Source: Verrucomicrobiales bacterium
Lineage (GTDB): Bacteria; Verrucomicrobiota; Verrucomicrobiia; Limisphaerales; J093
Assembly: GCA_024233305.1 (NCBI GenBank)
Contig: JACKPV010000023.1
Span: 590,789-654,788, forward strand
DNA: 64,000 bases
Reading direction: 5' to 3'
Numbering within the stretch: the stretch's first letter is position 1; every line of letters starts with the position of its first letter. Below, one piece after another: positions 55,622-64,000 of the stretch. The position numbers and the translations under genes are program-made. The notes below the pieces were generated by a model. It saw only the letters and a program-made list of their open reading frames with translations. It ran no database searches and was not told the origin of the DNA.

Positions 55622-57201
55622 GCAGCCTCCGGCGCGGGGGTTTGCAGTCGTTGCTGGAGTTGCTGGAAGTCCACCTTGCCCGTGGAGGTCTGCGGCAGCG
55701 AGGGCAGGGAGGTGAAGCGGTCCGGCACCATGTAGAGGGGCAGTCTCGCAGCGCAGAAGGTCTTCATCTCGACCATTGAAAGCACCCGCTCATCGTGGGT
55801 TGAGAGGAAGGCATGCAGCAGCAGACCGTCCTCCCGGGCGTGGGCAATGACCGCCGCCTCTTTGACCGCCGGGTGCCGGTAGAGGGCGGCTTCAATCTCG
55901 CCCAGTTCGATCCGGTAGCCCCGCTTCTTGATCATCCGGTCGCGGCGGCCGATGAAGCGGTACCCTCCCTCGGGCAATTCCGTCACCAGGTCGCCGGTGC
56001 GGTACCAACGCCGCCCCTCCCGTTCGAGGAAGACCGCCGTCGTCTGGGTGGGCAGGTTCCAGTAACCTTGCAGCACACTGGGGCCGGCAATGCAAAGCTC
56101 ACCCGCCGTCCCCGGAGCAACCGGCTCGCCCGCCTCGTCCACCACCAGGGGGGCGCAGTGCGCGCAAGGCCGGCCGATGGGCATCGGCTCCACCTGCTCG
56201 GACGGAATCCGGGCCGGAATCTCGTGGTAGGTGCAGACGTTCGTCTCCGTCGGGCCATAGAGGTTGAAGAACCGCGGGCCGGGCCACAGGTCCCGCAGGG
56301 CCTTGAGGTGCTTGATGGGAAAGACCTCCCCGGCGAAAAGTACCGTTCGCAGCGCCCCGTAGTCGTGGGCTTCAAGGCCGCCGAACTGGGCCATCATGGC
56401 CAGGATGGACGGCGCCGAATACCAGCTGGTCAGGCGTTTCTCGGCAATCCAGGCCGCCAGCGCGCCCGGCTCCTTCCCAAGCTTCTCATCCACGATGACG
56501 AGCGTCGCTCCGTGGCTCAACGGCAGATAGATGTCCAGGATCGAAAGGTCGAAGTGGAAGGGTGCGTGCGAAGAAAACCGGTCGGACGGGCAGGGATCGA
56601 AGGTGGCCGCGCACCACGCGACAAACGATCGCGCATTCCCGTGACTCAACACCACGCCTTTCGGCCGTCCCGTCGACCCCGACGTGTAGAGGACGTACGC
56701 GAGGGAGTCGTCGGACACGGCGGCACTCGGATAGGCTCCAGCCTCCTCGTCTCCGTCCAAGTGCTCGAGGCAGAGCTCCAATGGCCGTCCCGCGCCTGTT
56801 CCTGAGAGCAGAATCATCGGCGGCTCGGAGCCGGCCGGCTCGAAGCCCTCGCGCACCGCCGCCGCATAGCGATCCTGGGTGAGGATGAGCGCGACGCCAC
56901 AGTCCCGGAAGATCAAGGTGTTCCGCTCCGCCGGCGCGGTCGGATCGACCGGCACATAAGCGGCCCCAGCCTTCATGATGCCGAGGAAGGACGCGACGGC
57001 ATCCGCTGATTTGGTCAACCAGACTCCCACCCGGTCCCCGCGCTGGATGCCGCGAGCGCGCAACCGGTCGCGCACCCGGTTCGACAGCCCGGCCAGCTGG
57101 GCGTAGGTGATTGTCTCACCGTTGGATTCTTCGATCGCTATCCGGTCGGGGAACCGCCGTGCGGCGTCGTCGAAGAGTGAATGTAGGGAAATTGAACTCA
57201 T
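55618..57201 (-). CDS. Adenylate-forming enzyme (amino-acid adenylation / DltA-like carrier-protein ligase)
   Basis: Adenylation core motifs present: LAYVLYTSGSTGRPKGVVLSH, NLYGPTE, YRTGDLV and GRRDRMIKKRGYRIELGEIE. It is stand-alone at about 527 aa. The stop overlaps the etfB start. Confidence 0.85.
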   Translation of the reverse strand: MSSISLHSLFDDAARRFPDRIAIEESNGETITYAQLAGLSNRVRDRLRARGIQRGDRVGVWLTKSADAVASFLGIMKAGAAYVPVDPTAPAERNTLIFRDCGVALILTQDRYAAAVREGFEPAGSEPPMILLSGTGAGRPLELCLEHLDGDEEAGAYPSAAVSDDSLAYVLYTSGSTGRPKGVVLSHGNARSFVAWCAATFDPCPSDRFSSHAPFHFDLSILDIYLPLSHGATLVIVDEKLGKEPGALAAWIAEKRLTSWYSAPSILAMMAQFGGLEAHDYGALRTVLFAGEVFPIKHLKALRDLWPGPRFFNLYGPTETNVCTYHEIPARIPSEQVEPMPIGRPCAHCAPLVVDEAGEPVAPGTAGELCIAGPSVLQGYWNLPTQTTAVFLEREGRRWYRTGDLVTELPEGGYRFIGRRDRMIKKRGYRIELGEIEAALYRHPAVKEAAVIAHAREDGLLLHAFLSTHDERVLSMVEMKTFCAARLPLYMVPDRFTSLPSLPQTSTGKVDFQQLQQRLQTPAPEAA

Positions 57202-57273
57202 TGATCTTGGAGGGCCGGGGGTGGTGCGGTTGAGGGGAACCCGGACGGGAACTCGCAACGCCGGCCGGCGCCA

Positions 57274-57534
57274 CTACTGGGGCCCGAGTTTCGAGAGCAC
57301 GAGTGCCGTGATGTCCGACAGGGTGTTCAGATTCTCGACCCTGGCCTCGTGCGCTTCGATGGTGATGGAGAAGTGGGACTCAAGGAAGGCCACGAGCTTG
57401 AGGGTAGAGATCGAGTCGAGGATGCCCGTCGTGGCCAGTTCCGTGGTATCCGTCAGGGAGGCCGGGGCCTCGCCGGGCAGAAACTCGTTCAGGATGTGGG
57501 TCTTGATCGCAGATTTGATGTTCGCTTCGTTCAT
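57274..57534 (-). CDS. Acyl/peptidyl carrier protein
   Basis: 86 aa, with the phosphopantetheine attachment context ATTGILDSISTLKLVAFLE. The start overlaps the stop of the MBOAT gene (57531..57534). Confidence 0.8.
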   Translation of the reverse strand: MNEANIKSAIKTHILNEFLPGEAPASLTDTTELATTGILDSISTLKLVAFLESHFSITIEAHEARVENLNTLSDITALVLSKLGPQ

Positions 57535-60236
57535 AAGGTCTGATCCGTCAATTGGGGTGAGATCTCCGCGTCCGCGTTGCTTGCCGCCGTTTCCGATGCG
57601 TCCCCGGCGCCCGCAAGCGCCGTCCGAAGCGCCGCGAAGAGGGCGTCCGCCAGCAGTCGATGTCCCTTTGCATTGGTGTGCTCGTCCCAGGGGGCGATCA
57701 CCAGTGGTTCGTCGGCGGGGACGCCGGCAAAACAACCTGAGAGATCAATGACCTCGAGCCCGGCGCTCCGCGCCAGCCCGAGCATTCGCTCGCGGACCGG
57801 AGCCTCCGCGTGTTCCGCCTGGTTGGGCCCCGGCCGGTAGACAACCAACGGCCGGACCCCGTGCCGGGCGCACTCACCCGCGAGCCGTTGAAAGACCCAG
57901 GTGAAAACGACGGGCAGCTGGGAACGAAGCCGGCGCTCAATTAGCGCCTGCGGCATCGTTCCCTTCACCCCCGCCTCCCGGAACAACTCCCGCAGGAAGG
58001 GCGCGTACGCATCCGGCATCGACAGGTCCTCGCGCAGGCAGCGCGCGAGATGTCCCAGTGCAAACTGCTCGTCCAGCGCGAAGACCACGAAGAGCGCAAC
58101 GTCGGGTTGGAGCGCGAACCCGTCGACTTCGAGTCGGAGCAGGCGCTGCACCTGGCTATAGCCACCCACCGAGAGGTTCAACATCTCATAGCGGTCATGA
58201 GGCAGGCCGGAAGCGGCGTCATTCAACCGGTCTTCCACTTGGTTCTCGAAGGTCTCGTCGTCGCGCACCCCGACACCGAAGGTGTGCGAAGCGCCCAGGA
58301 CCACCGTGCGATGGCTCCCCGGAGGCTTCTCCCGGAGATAATCCCGATCCCGCATTCCAAACGGATTGGTCGAAACCGTCTCACCCGCCGCCGTGACCGA
58401 CACGGAAGGCAGGACCTCCCGCCACAAGATATCCGATCGTTTGCGGTGAAGCCGTTTCTCACCGTCGTCCCAGCCATCCGGAGCCGCGGGCAATCCCCAA
58501 CGCGCATCCCCGGCGACCTGCACATCAAGCTCCTCGTAGTACCCACGACGTTGGTGGTCCAAATCCCGGGCGTTCAGGCGGTGGCCCTGCAGCGAGTCCA
58601 GCACGCGCGCCATGCGGGTTCCGCTGGAAGAGCCTGCGCGCGGCAGCGCGAACAAAACGATGGCGGTCAAACTGACGCTCGCGGCTACCCGCCAGAACGG
58701 GAAGGTGCCCGCGGCCGCCCGCGGCCGGCCTTCCGACGTCTCCCGCCGGGTCTGGCCCCAGCGAATGCCCGCCAGCGCCAGTGCCACCAACCCGGCGATG
58801 ACAACGAAAACCTCGAACAGCGTTGCTCCTGCGAGGGCATCGGCGACGACCAGCAATTCCTCCATGGAGCGGCACGACCAGATGTTCCACAACAGACAGA
58901 TCGCGCAGAAAGTCGCCACCGTCTTGATGCCGGTGTTGATCTGCTCGCGAAGCGCCGGCCGGGAGCCGGGCAGCCTTCGGCCCCGGCTGGAAGTGGCCTC
59001 CATCAGCGCGTTGATCAACACCAGAATGGCGAGCACCGCCCAAAAGGTCACGTCCTGCCAGGTTAGCAGAAGGGCGCCTCGAATCCAGAACCACTGCCAT
59101 GAGTGCAGCGCCCACGTCGCGACAAACGTCAACACAGTGGCCAGCGACATCGCCCGAACTGTCCCCCACCGGCGCATCGCGAAAAAGGCCGGGTAGAAGA
59201 ACAACTTCATGACGAAGTCCTTCCAGTAGATGTTGATGCGCCGCCAGAAGTCGGTGAAAGAGGCCGAAAGCAGATACAGATGGTGCGTTTCCGGCAGGTG
59301 GAAGCCGAACATGTGCAACAGCCCGACGATAAGATGAAACTCGCCGGAAATCCGGAGGTAAAGGAGGTAGGTGCCCAGCAGGAACCCAACAGCGTCCAGC
59401 GATGACGCCAGCATTGAGACGTCCAGGGGGGCGAACTGATAAACCAGCCGGTGGAGCAGCAGGTGAATAATCCCCCGGAGCATCCACTGAAGCCCGCGTT
59501 GATAGCCGGTCAGGCGCGGCTCGCTTCCGCAAGTGGCGCAGAACGTCTTGTAATCGACCAGCGGAAACAAGGGGAAACAAACATTCGGCAGCATGAAGAA
59601 ATAGGCGAGGCTCCGGGGCAGGCTGAAGGGCGCCGTGCGATGGTGCAGATCGTAGAGGTAGACCATCAACCGGAACACGAACATCGACCCCAGAATCGGC
59701 CATATGGCCGCAATCTCCGGAAACCAAGCGCCGTTGGCCCGGATGACCGCCAGTCCAATGCCGCAGAGCACGAGCAGACCAACTCGCACCCCGAGCCTTA
59801 CCCGGAGATGACAGACGCCGATCAGCACCAACCCGACACTCACAAGCACCAGCCCGGGCAGCATGCGGTACGCGATCTCGTACACCGGCAACTCTCCCTG
59901 TACAAGCGATCGCAGGGCGCCGATCCCCAGCCCCCCGGGCGCGGTCACCGTGACCAGGATGGAAAGGGCGGCAAAGAAGCCAAGACACCAGCGCGCGGGC
60001 AGGAAGTGGTGGCCGATGAAGCCGATGAACGCGATCTGCATGACCCGTCCGAAGACAGGCGTTTCAAGCTTCCATACCCTGACCACCAGAACGATCAGGG
60101 CAAACTGCGCGACCACGGCTGCGAAGTGAAGCCAGCCCCCGCCCTGAGCACGCTGACCGCTTCCCACTTCGGCGGAAGCAGGCAGGCGATGGGCTGAGCG
60201 GCTGTTTGACGAGTCCATTAACGTCTGCAATGTCAA
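57531..60236 (-). CDS. MBOAT-family membrane O-acyltransferase (DltB/AlgI-like) fused to a C-terminal SGNH-like (DltD/AlgX-like) domain
   Basis: The multi-TM N-terminal half has FFMLPNVCFPLFPLVDYKTF and FTDFWRRINIYWKDFVMKLFFYP (MBOAT core). The C-terminal soluble domain has VVLGASHTFGVG and APWDEHTNAKGHRLLA (SGNH blocks I and V). Confidence 0.8.
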   Translation of the reverse strand: MTLQTLMDSSNSRSAHRLPASAEVGSGQRAQGGGWLHFAAVVAQFALIVLVVRVWKLETPVFGRVMQIAFIGFIGHHFLPARWCLGFFAALSILVTVTAPGGLGIGALRSLVQGELPVYEIAYRMLPGLVLVSVGLVLIGVCHLRVRLGVRVGLLVLCGIGLAVIRANGAWFPEIAAIWPILGSMFVFRLMVYLYDLHHRTAPFSLPRSLAYFFMLPNVCFPLFPLVDYKTFCATCGSEPRLTGYQRGLQWMLRGIIHLLLHRLVYQFAPLDVSMLASSLDAVGFLLGTYLLYLRISGEFHLIVGLLHMFGFHLPETHHLYLLSASFTDFWRRINIYWKDFVMKLFFYPAFFAMRRWGTVRAMSLATVLTFVATWALHSWQWFWIRGALLLTWQDVTFWAVLAILVLINALMEATSSRGRRLPGSRPALREQINTGIKTVATFCAICLLWNIWSCRSMEELLVVADALAGATLFEVFVVIAGLVALALAGIRWGQTRRETSEGRPRAAAGTFPFWRVAASVSLTAIVLFALPRAGSSSGTRMARVLDSLQGHRLNARDLDHQRRGYYEELDVQVAGDARWGLPAAPDGWDDGEKRLHRKRSDILWREVLPSVSVTAAGETVSTNPFGMRDRDYLREKPPGSHRTVVLGASHTFGVGVRDDETFENQVEDRLNDAASGLPHDRYEMLNLSVGGYSQVQRLLRLEVDGFALQPDVALFVVFALDEQFALGHLARCLREDLSMPDAYAPFLRELFREAGVKGTMPQALIERRLRSQLPVVFTWVFQRLAGECARHGVRPLVVYRPGPNQAEHAEAPVRERMLGLARSAGLEVIDLSGCFAGVPADEPLVIAPWDEHTNAKGHRLLADALFAALRTALAGAGDASETAASNADAEISPQLTDQTL

Positions 60237-60759
60237 CTAGGCTGATTTGGTAATTCATGCCAACTACTCTGTCAACAGGCTTGTCCGGGAAAGACCAGGA
60301 TACCCGCAGGTCCCAGCAAGATTTGGCCGAAAAGACGCAAATAATTGGCTGATAATACGATAAGATGTTGGGTTGGTGTGATGCCTGCTTCGTTCTGGGG
60401 GACTCGTTAGGCAGTTCGGGTCGATTTCGTCCACCGGGATGACCGACACCGCGGAAGACCCGCCATCAGGCGCCATCGTTTTCAGTTTTGATGAAAAGAC
60501 AGCCGATCCGGTAGCCGACGCAGAAGGTGTTCAGGACGTATTGCCAGGGTCGTCCGTGATCCTGCTGCCCGCCGCACCGATGTCGCGCACGGAAAGGAGC
60601 GGTCGGGTTGCCGGCAAGAACCGGGAGGGCGAGGGATGGAAGGTTCAGGGCGGGCGCAATGGCGCGCAGGACGCCCTTCATGCCGCTGGTCTACGCGGCA
60701 AGTCGTCCGAGGCCTGGGGCACGCAGTCGCTGTCCGGGCATCGAAGAAGGGGCCGTCAG

Positions 60760-61776
60760 TCAAAACAGCTTCCCCTGCGCCCCGGCTTCCCGGCCAAGTC
60801 CCAGTGTGCGGTAGCTCAGTTCGTTCGCCACCCGGCCTTGCGGCGTGCGTTTCAAATAGCCCTGCATGATCAGGTACGGCTCGTAGACCTCCTCGAGCGT
60901 GTCGGGCTCCTCGCCAACGGCCACCGCCAGCGACGCCACGCCGACCGGGCCGCCGCCGAACTTGACGATGATCGCCTCGAGGATCCGCTTGTCCATTTCG
61001 TCGAGCCCCTCGCGGTCGATCTCGAGCATGGCCAGCGCGCGGTCGGCCAGTTCCGCGGTGATCCGGCCATCCCCCCGCACCTGGGCGTAGTCGCGGACGC
61101 GGCGGAGGAGGTTGTTGGCGATGCGCGGGGTGCCCCGGCTGCGGCGGGCGATGTCGAGCGCGCCGTCGCTGGCGATCTCGACGCCCAGCAACCGGGCGGA
61201 ACGCACGACAATGTGCCGCAATTGCTCCGCCTCGTAGTAGTCCACCCGTTCGCGCAACGGAAAACGCGTGAGCAAAGGCGCGGTCAGGAGCCCGCTGCGT
61301 GTGGTGGCGCCGACGAGCGTGAACCGGGGCAGGTTCAAGCGGACACTGCGCGCGTTGGGGCCCTGGTCGATGATGATGTCCAGCTTGAAGTCCTCCATTG
61401 CGGGATAGAGGTACTCCTCAATGGTCTTTTGCAGCCGGTGGATTTCATCGATGAAGAGCACATCGCCCTCCTCGAGGTTGGTGAGGAGTCCGGCGAGGTC
61501 GCCCGCCTTCTCGATGGTGGGCCCGCTGGTGGATTTCAGGCTGGCCCCCATCGCCTTGGCGATGATGTTGGCGAGGGTGGTTTTGCCGAGTCCCGGGGGA
61601 CCGCTCAGGAGGAGGTGATCGAGGGCTTCACCCCGTTGCCGGGCGGCCTGCACCGCGATTTCGAGCCGTTCCTTGACCCGCTCCTGCCCGACGAAATCGG
61701 AGAACATCGCCGGCCGGAGCGTCAACTCCAGCGCGGCGTCAGGCTTGTTCAATCCGGACAACGGCCGCTCAGACAT
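60760..61776 (-). CDS. ruvB: Holliday junction branch-migration helicase RuvB
   Basis: [43 protein letters not shown] and [16 protein letters not shown]. Confidence 0.95.
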   Translation of the reverse strand: MSERPLSGLNKPDAALELTLRPAMFSDFVGQERVKERLEIAVQAARQRGEALDHLLLSGPPGLGKTTLANIIAKAMGASLKSTSGPTIEKAGDLAGLLTNLEEGDVLFIDEIHRLQKTIEEYLYPAMEDFKLDIIIDQGPNARSVRLNLPRFTLVGATTRSGLLTAPLLTRFPLRERVDYYEAEQLRHIVVRSARLLGVEIASDGALDIARRSRGTPRIANNLLRRVRDYAQVRGDGRITAELADRALAMLEIDREGLDEMDKRILEAIIVKFGGGPVGVASLAVAVGEEPDTLEEVYEPYLIMQGYLKRTPQGRVANELSYRTLGLGREAGAQGKLF

Positions 61777-61875
61777 CGCCCGGCAGCATCCGGAACCGCC
61801 CCTTGACCGACAAGGCTAATCGCGATCCTCGCATCCCCCGGCGGCCGACTCGCCTTCCGGGCTTTCGCCCCTCCC

Positions 61876-61924
61876 AATCCCCATCCCCATCCCCATCCTA
61901 ATCCTAATCCTAATCCTAATCCCC
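61876..61924. repeat. Hexanucleotide array, 8 units (AATCCC/CATCCC x2/CATCCT/AATCCT x3/AATCCC)
   Basis: Read directly: AATCCCCATCCCCATCCCCATCCTAATCCTAATCCTAATCCTAATCCC. Confidence 0.9.
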
Positions 61925-61955
61925 TGCGTCAACTCTGCGATCCTGAGCCGTAGCG

Positions 61956-61995
61956 ATTCAGTAACTTGTAGCCGCCGACGTGCAGTCGGCGCATG
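61956..61995 (+). repeat. REP-like palindromic unit, copy B
   Basis: ATTCAGTAACTTGTAGCCGCCGACGTGCAGTCGGCGCATG. Similarity to copy C extends left to about 61942 (CCTGAGCCGTAGCG). Confidence 0.65.
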
Positions 61996-62092
61996 ATTCC
62001 GCTGGGATAGAGCCGCCTGCCGCCGAGGGCGACGATTCACCCAAAGGGGACTGCTGATCGGAATCGGCGAGCCCGCGTAAGCGCTTGGATTT

Positions 62093-62145
62093 CAGCGCCG
62101 ACTACACGTCGGCGGCTCCCCCGTGTTGAATCGATACGGCTGAGG
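62093..62145 (-). repeat. REP-like palindromic unit, copy C (inverted)
   Basis: The reverse complement reads CCTCAGCCGTATCGATTCAACACGGGGGAGCCGCCGACGTGTAGTCGGCGCTG, which is colinear with copy B. Confidence 0.65.
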
Positions 62146-62246
62146 AACCTGTGGCCGCCAGGGCGCGCATGATGAGCATCGCTTCGATGCGGGCAGGATC
62201 GATCGGGTTGAATGCGCACCGCCGGCTGCACGCGGGGGGCTTGCAT

Positions 62247-62324
62247 GGGGGATTGGGATCGGAATCGAGGTTAGGATTGGGATTACGATTAGGATTGCGA
62301 TTACGATTACGATTACGATTACGA
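62247..62324. repeat. Hexanucleotide array, 13 units (NNGATT type, ending in 4x ACGATT), inverted relative to 61876..61924
   Basis: Read directly: GGGATTGGGATCGGAATCGAGGTTAGGATTGGGATTACGATTAGGATTGCGATTACGATTACGATTACGATTACGAG. Confidence 0.9.
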
Positions 62325-62414
62325 GAAGGAGGGGCAGGGGCTTCGGTGCGGGCGGGGATGCCTTCCGTTCGGCCTTGAACCGCGGCCGGCGAGGCTCAAT
62401 GGTGCGGCCATCTG

Positions 62415-63755
62415 ATGCAACGACTCCGTGCTTCACACCTGCAGGCCCTCGGCGCTCCGGTCAAGGGCGGCGCCCAGCAGATCGAGGACTGGCTTCGATC
62501 CCTCCTGCAGAGCGGAACGATCCGCCTGGACTGCGGGCTGGTGGAACTGCGCGGCAGCCAGCCCGTGGCGACCACGCTCGGCGACCTGAAACGCGCCTGC
62601 GGCGTGGCGATGGAAACGGTCAAACAGGGCCTGCGCGCGCTCGAACTCGACCACTGGGTGCTGCTGGTGGACGGCGTGCACACGCGCCTGCTCGGTCCGC
62701 CACGCTTTCGCGTCAGTGTTACCAAGGAGAACATTGCCGGCAGCGTGGGCCGCGCGATTGTCATCGCCCCGATGGACGGGCTCAGTCCGCTCGAGAGCAT
62801 CGACTACGATCAACTCCGTCGCGCCGAGGAAATCGTCAGTCGCAAGCGCGTGCTCGCCGTCGAGAAGGTGGCGTTGCACTGGAACACCCGGCTGCGATTG
62901 GCGAGCGGCGACGAGGTGGACCTGCCGGCGGGCAGCCGGGTTACGCTCGCGGCCGGCAGTCAGGTGCGTACGGAAGGCCGGCTCGGGCGGGTGGAGCGGG
63001 ACCTGGAAGTGACCGCGCCCGGCGGCCGGGAGATCCGGCTGTCGCGGGCGGGAGCGGTCGTCCTCGACAAGGGCGGGCCACTCGGATTGCGGACCGGCGC
63101 CCGTCTGCATCTGGAACGGAGCAACATCGTGCGGCTGGCCGACGGCCGAACCGGGCTGCTTGAGGTGAGTTCCCACGCCGAACCGGGCCACACCGGCGAG
63201 GTCAACTGGGACGACGACAGCCACTGGCTGGCCCGTTTCACAGACGGGGTGCCGTTGGTGTTATTGCGCCGGGTGGTGTTCGCCGAATTCGAAGGGGTGG
63301 TGAACGACCAGTGTGTGGGGGTTGGGGGGCAGGGGTCGGCGGCATGGCGGGTGGCGCTGGGGGTGCACGACTGTTTTCTTGACGGTTCGATTCCGTTCCG
63401 GGCGGGGCAATGTCCGTTGCGCCGGTCGCCCGAGTTCCTGATGCGGTTTCTGAATGAACTCGACGAGACGGGTTCGCTCCGCGAGGCGATGGCGGCGCGA
63501 TTCGGGTTCGCGGCCGAGGCGGCCGACGTGCGCCTGTCGCCGGCGCGGTTCGCCGGTCCGAGTTTGCGCGGGCTCCTGCGCCAGGTCGCCACCGATCCGG
63601 CCCTGAACTCGGAGCTGCTCGCCATTGGCAGTCGCGCCGCGTGCTGGACCCAGGTCGGCGCCTATTACCGCAAGGGCGAGGCGTGGCCGTGGGAGGTGAC
63701 GCGGGAGGCCTACTTCACGTTCGTCGACATGAGTTACCGGCAGCAGGCGCTTTGA
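62415..63755 (+). CDS. Hypothetical protein (446 aa), no family recognised
   Basis: A long ORF whose codon usage resembles that of its neighbours. The competing ORFs on both strands look like frame shadows. I saw no motif I can name. Confidence 0.5.
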   Translation: MQRLRASHLQALGAPVKGGAQQIEDWLRSLLQSGTIRLDCGLVELRGSQPVATTLGDLKRACGVAMETVKQGLRALELDHWVLLVDGVHTRLLGPPRFRVSVTKENIAGSVGRAIVIAPMDGLSPLESIDYDQLRRAEEIVSRKRVLAVEKVALHWNTRLRLASGDEVDLPAGSRVTLAAGSQVRTEGRLGRVERDLEVTAPGGREIRLSRAGAVVLDKGGPLGLRTGARLHLERSNIVRLADGRTGLLEVSSHAEPGHTGEVNWDDDSHWLARFTDGVPLVLLRRVVFAEFEGVVNDQCVGVGGQGSAAWRVALGVHDCFLDGSIPFRAGQCPLRRSPEFLMRFLNELDETGSLREAMAARFGFAAEAADVRLSPARFAGPSLRGLLRQVATDPALNSELLAIGSRAACWTQVGAYYRKGEAWPWEVTREAYFTFVDMSYRQQAL

Positions 63756-63935
63756 CCGCGGGAGGAATCGCGATGGCCCGCGCGCCGCGGCCGGTGCGGC
63801 GGTTGCCGCCCCCGGGCGTGCAGCCTGTGGGCGTTCGTTTGCCCGCCGGTTCTGCCGCCTAGCTAGTTAGCATTCTGCCGTCTACTCCAAAGAGTTCTTG
63901 CTTCGGGGCCCGGCTCATCTTACGAGAGTCGCCGC

Positions 63936-64000
63936 ATGAAAGTATCATTCTACGGACACGTCCGGCAGTACAACAACATCAAGGCCGAGATCGACGCGAA
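63936..64000 (+). CDS. DegT/DnrJ/EryC1/StrS-type aminotransferase, N-terminal 21 codons only (runs off the right edge)
   Basis: MKVSFYGHVRQYNNIKAEIDA resembles the conserved N-terminus of this family (..F.D...qy..ik.eid.a). Confidence 0.45.
   Translation, partial: MKVSFYGHVRQYNNIKAEIDA

Noticed and set aside
60237-60759. Tracked small ORFs (60264..60476 -, 60466..60681 -, and the start of 60439..61806 +) between the MBOAT gene and ruvB
   Set aside because: They have no motifs, and 60439..61806 is antisense to ruvB. The AT-richer 60237..60400 stretch is more likely the promoter or leader of the seven-gene operon, but I could not identify -35/-10 elements with confidence.
61876-62324. Hexamer arrays as a CRISPR array or as coding low-complexity protein
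   Set aside because: The unit length is 6 bp with no spacers. The translations are dipeptide runs in every frame, and the tracked ORFs there have no start context.

Overview
This is a GC-rich bacterial chromosomal segment. It is probably from a PVC-group organism (Verrucomicrobiota or Planctomycetota). That placement is inferred from gene content: a DUF1559 prepilin-type protein, LVIVD and FG-GAP propellers, sulfatases plus an FGE-domain protein, and a TIGR02999-type ECF sigma paired with a Ser/Thr kinase. I recognised no rRNA, tRNA or CRISPR array. The window has three zones. (1) 0.7-15.5 kb is a secreted glycan and sulfate-ester degradation neighbourhood, holding repeat-module proteins, an SGNH esterase, FG-GAP propellers, two sulfatases and a hydrolase fusion. 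(2) 15.5-45 kb is heavily colonised by mobile DNA. It carries four near-identical 1956-nt group II intron copies (15616..17571 +, 20107..22062 -, 24407..26362 +, 43016..44971 +), each inserted directly 3' of a strong hairpin ending in GCGCTC. Two copies sit inside 132-bp MITEs, and a third sits in a decayed MITE. The MITE 13-nt termini (GTGCGCATCTCAG) and 9-bp target duplications match those of a 6.5-kb ISKra4-like IS at 36179..42729. That IS is itself split by an IS21-like element, which is in turn split by an IS3-like element, and all three target-site duplications are intact. One intron copy interrupts a sigma-linked Ser/Thr kinase ORF in the sense orientation, and the predicted splice junction restores the reading frame. 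This zone also holds an integrase, two toxin-antitoxin pairs and a DUF488 fusion protein. (3) 45-64 kb holds an aldo/keto reductase and a giant FGE-domain protein. It also holds a tight seven-gene minus-strand operon: MBOAT-SGNH, carrier protein, adenylating enzyme, EtfB, EtfA, a membrane Fe-S oxidoreductase and an acyl-CoA dehydrogenase. I regard that operon as the best candidate for an undescribed envelope-modification system. The zone ends with ruvB, an intergenic super-palindrome built from inverted hexamer arrays and REP-like units, and a hypothetical gene. Many long ORFs in the supplied track are antisense shadows of real genes and were not called.
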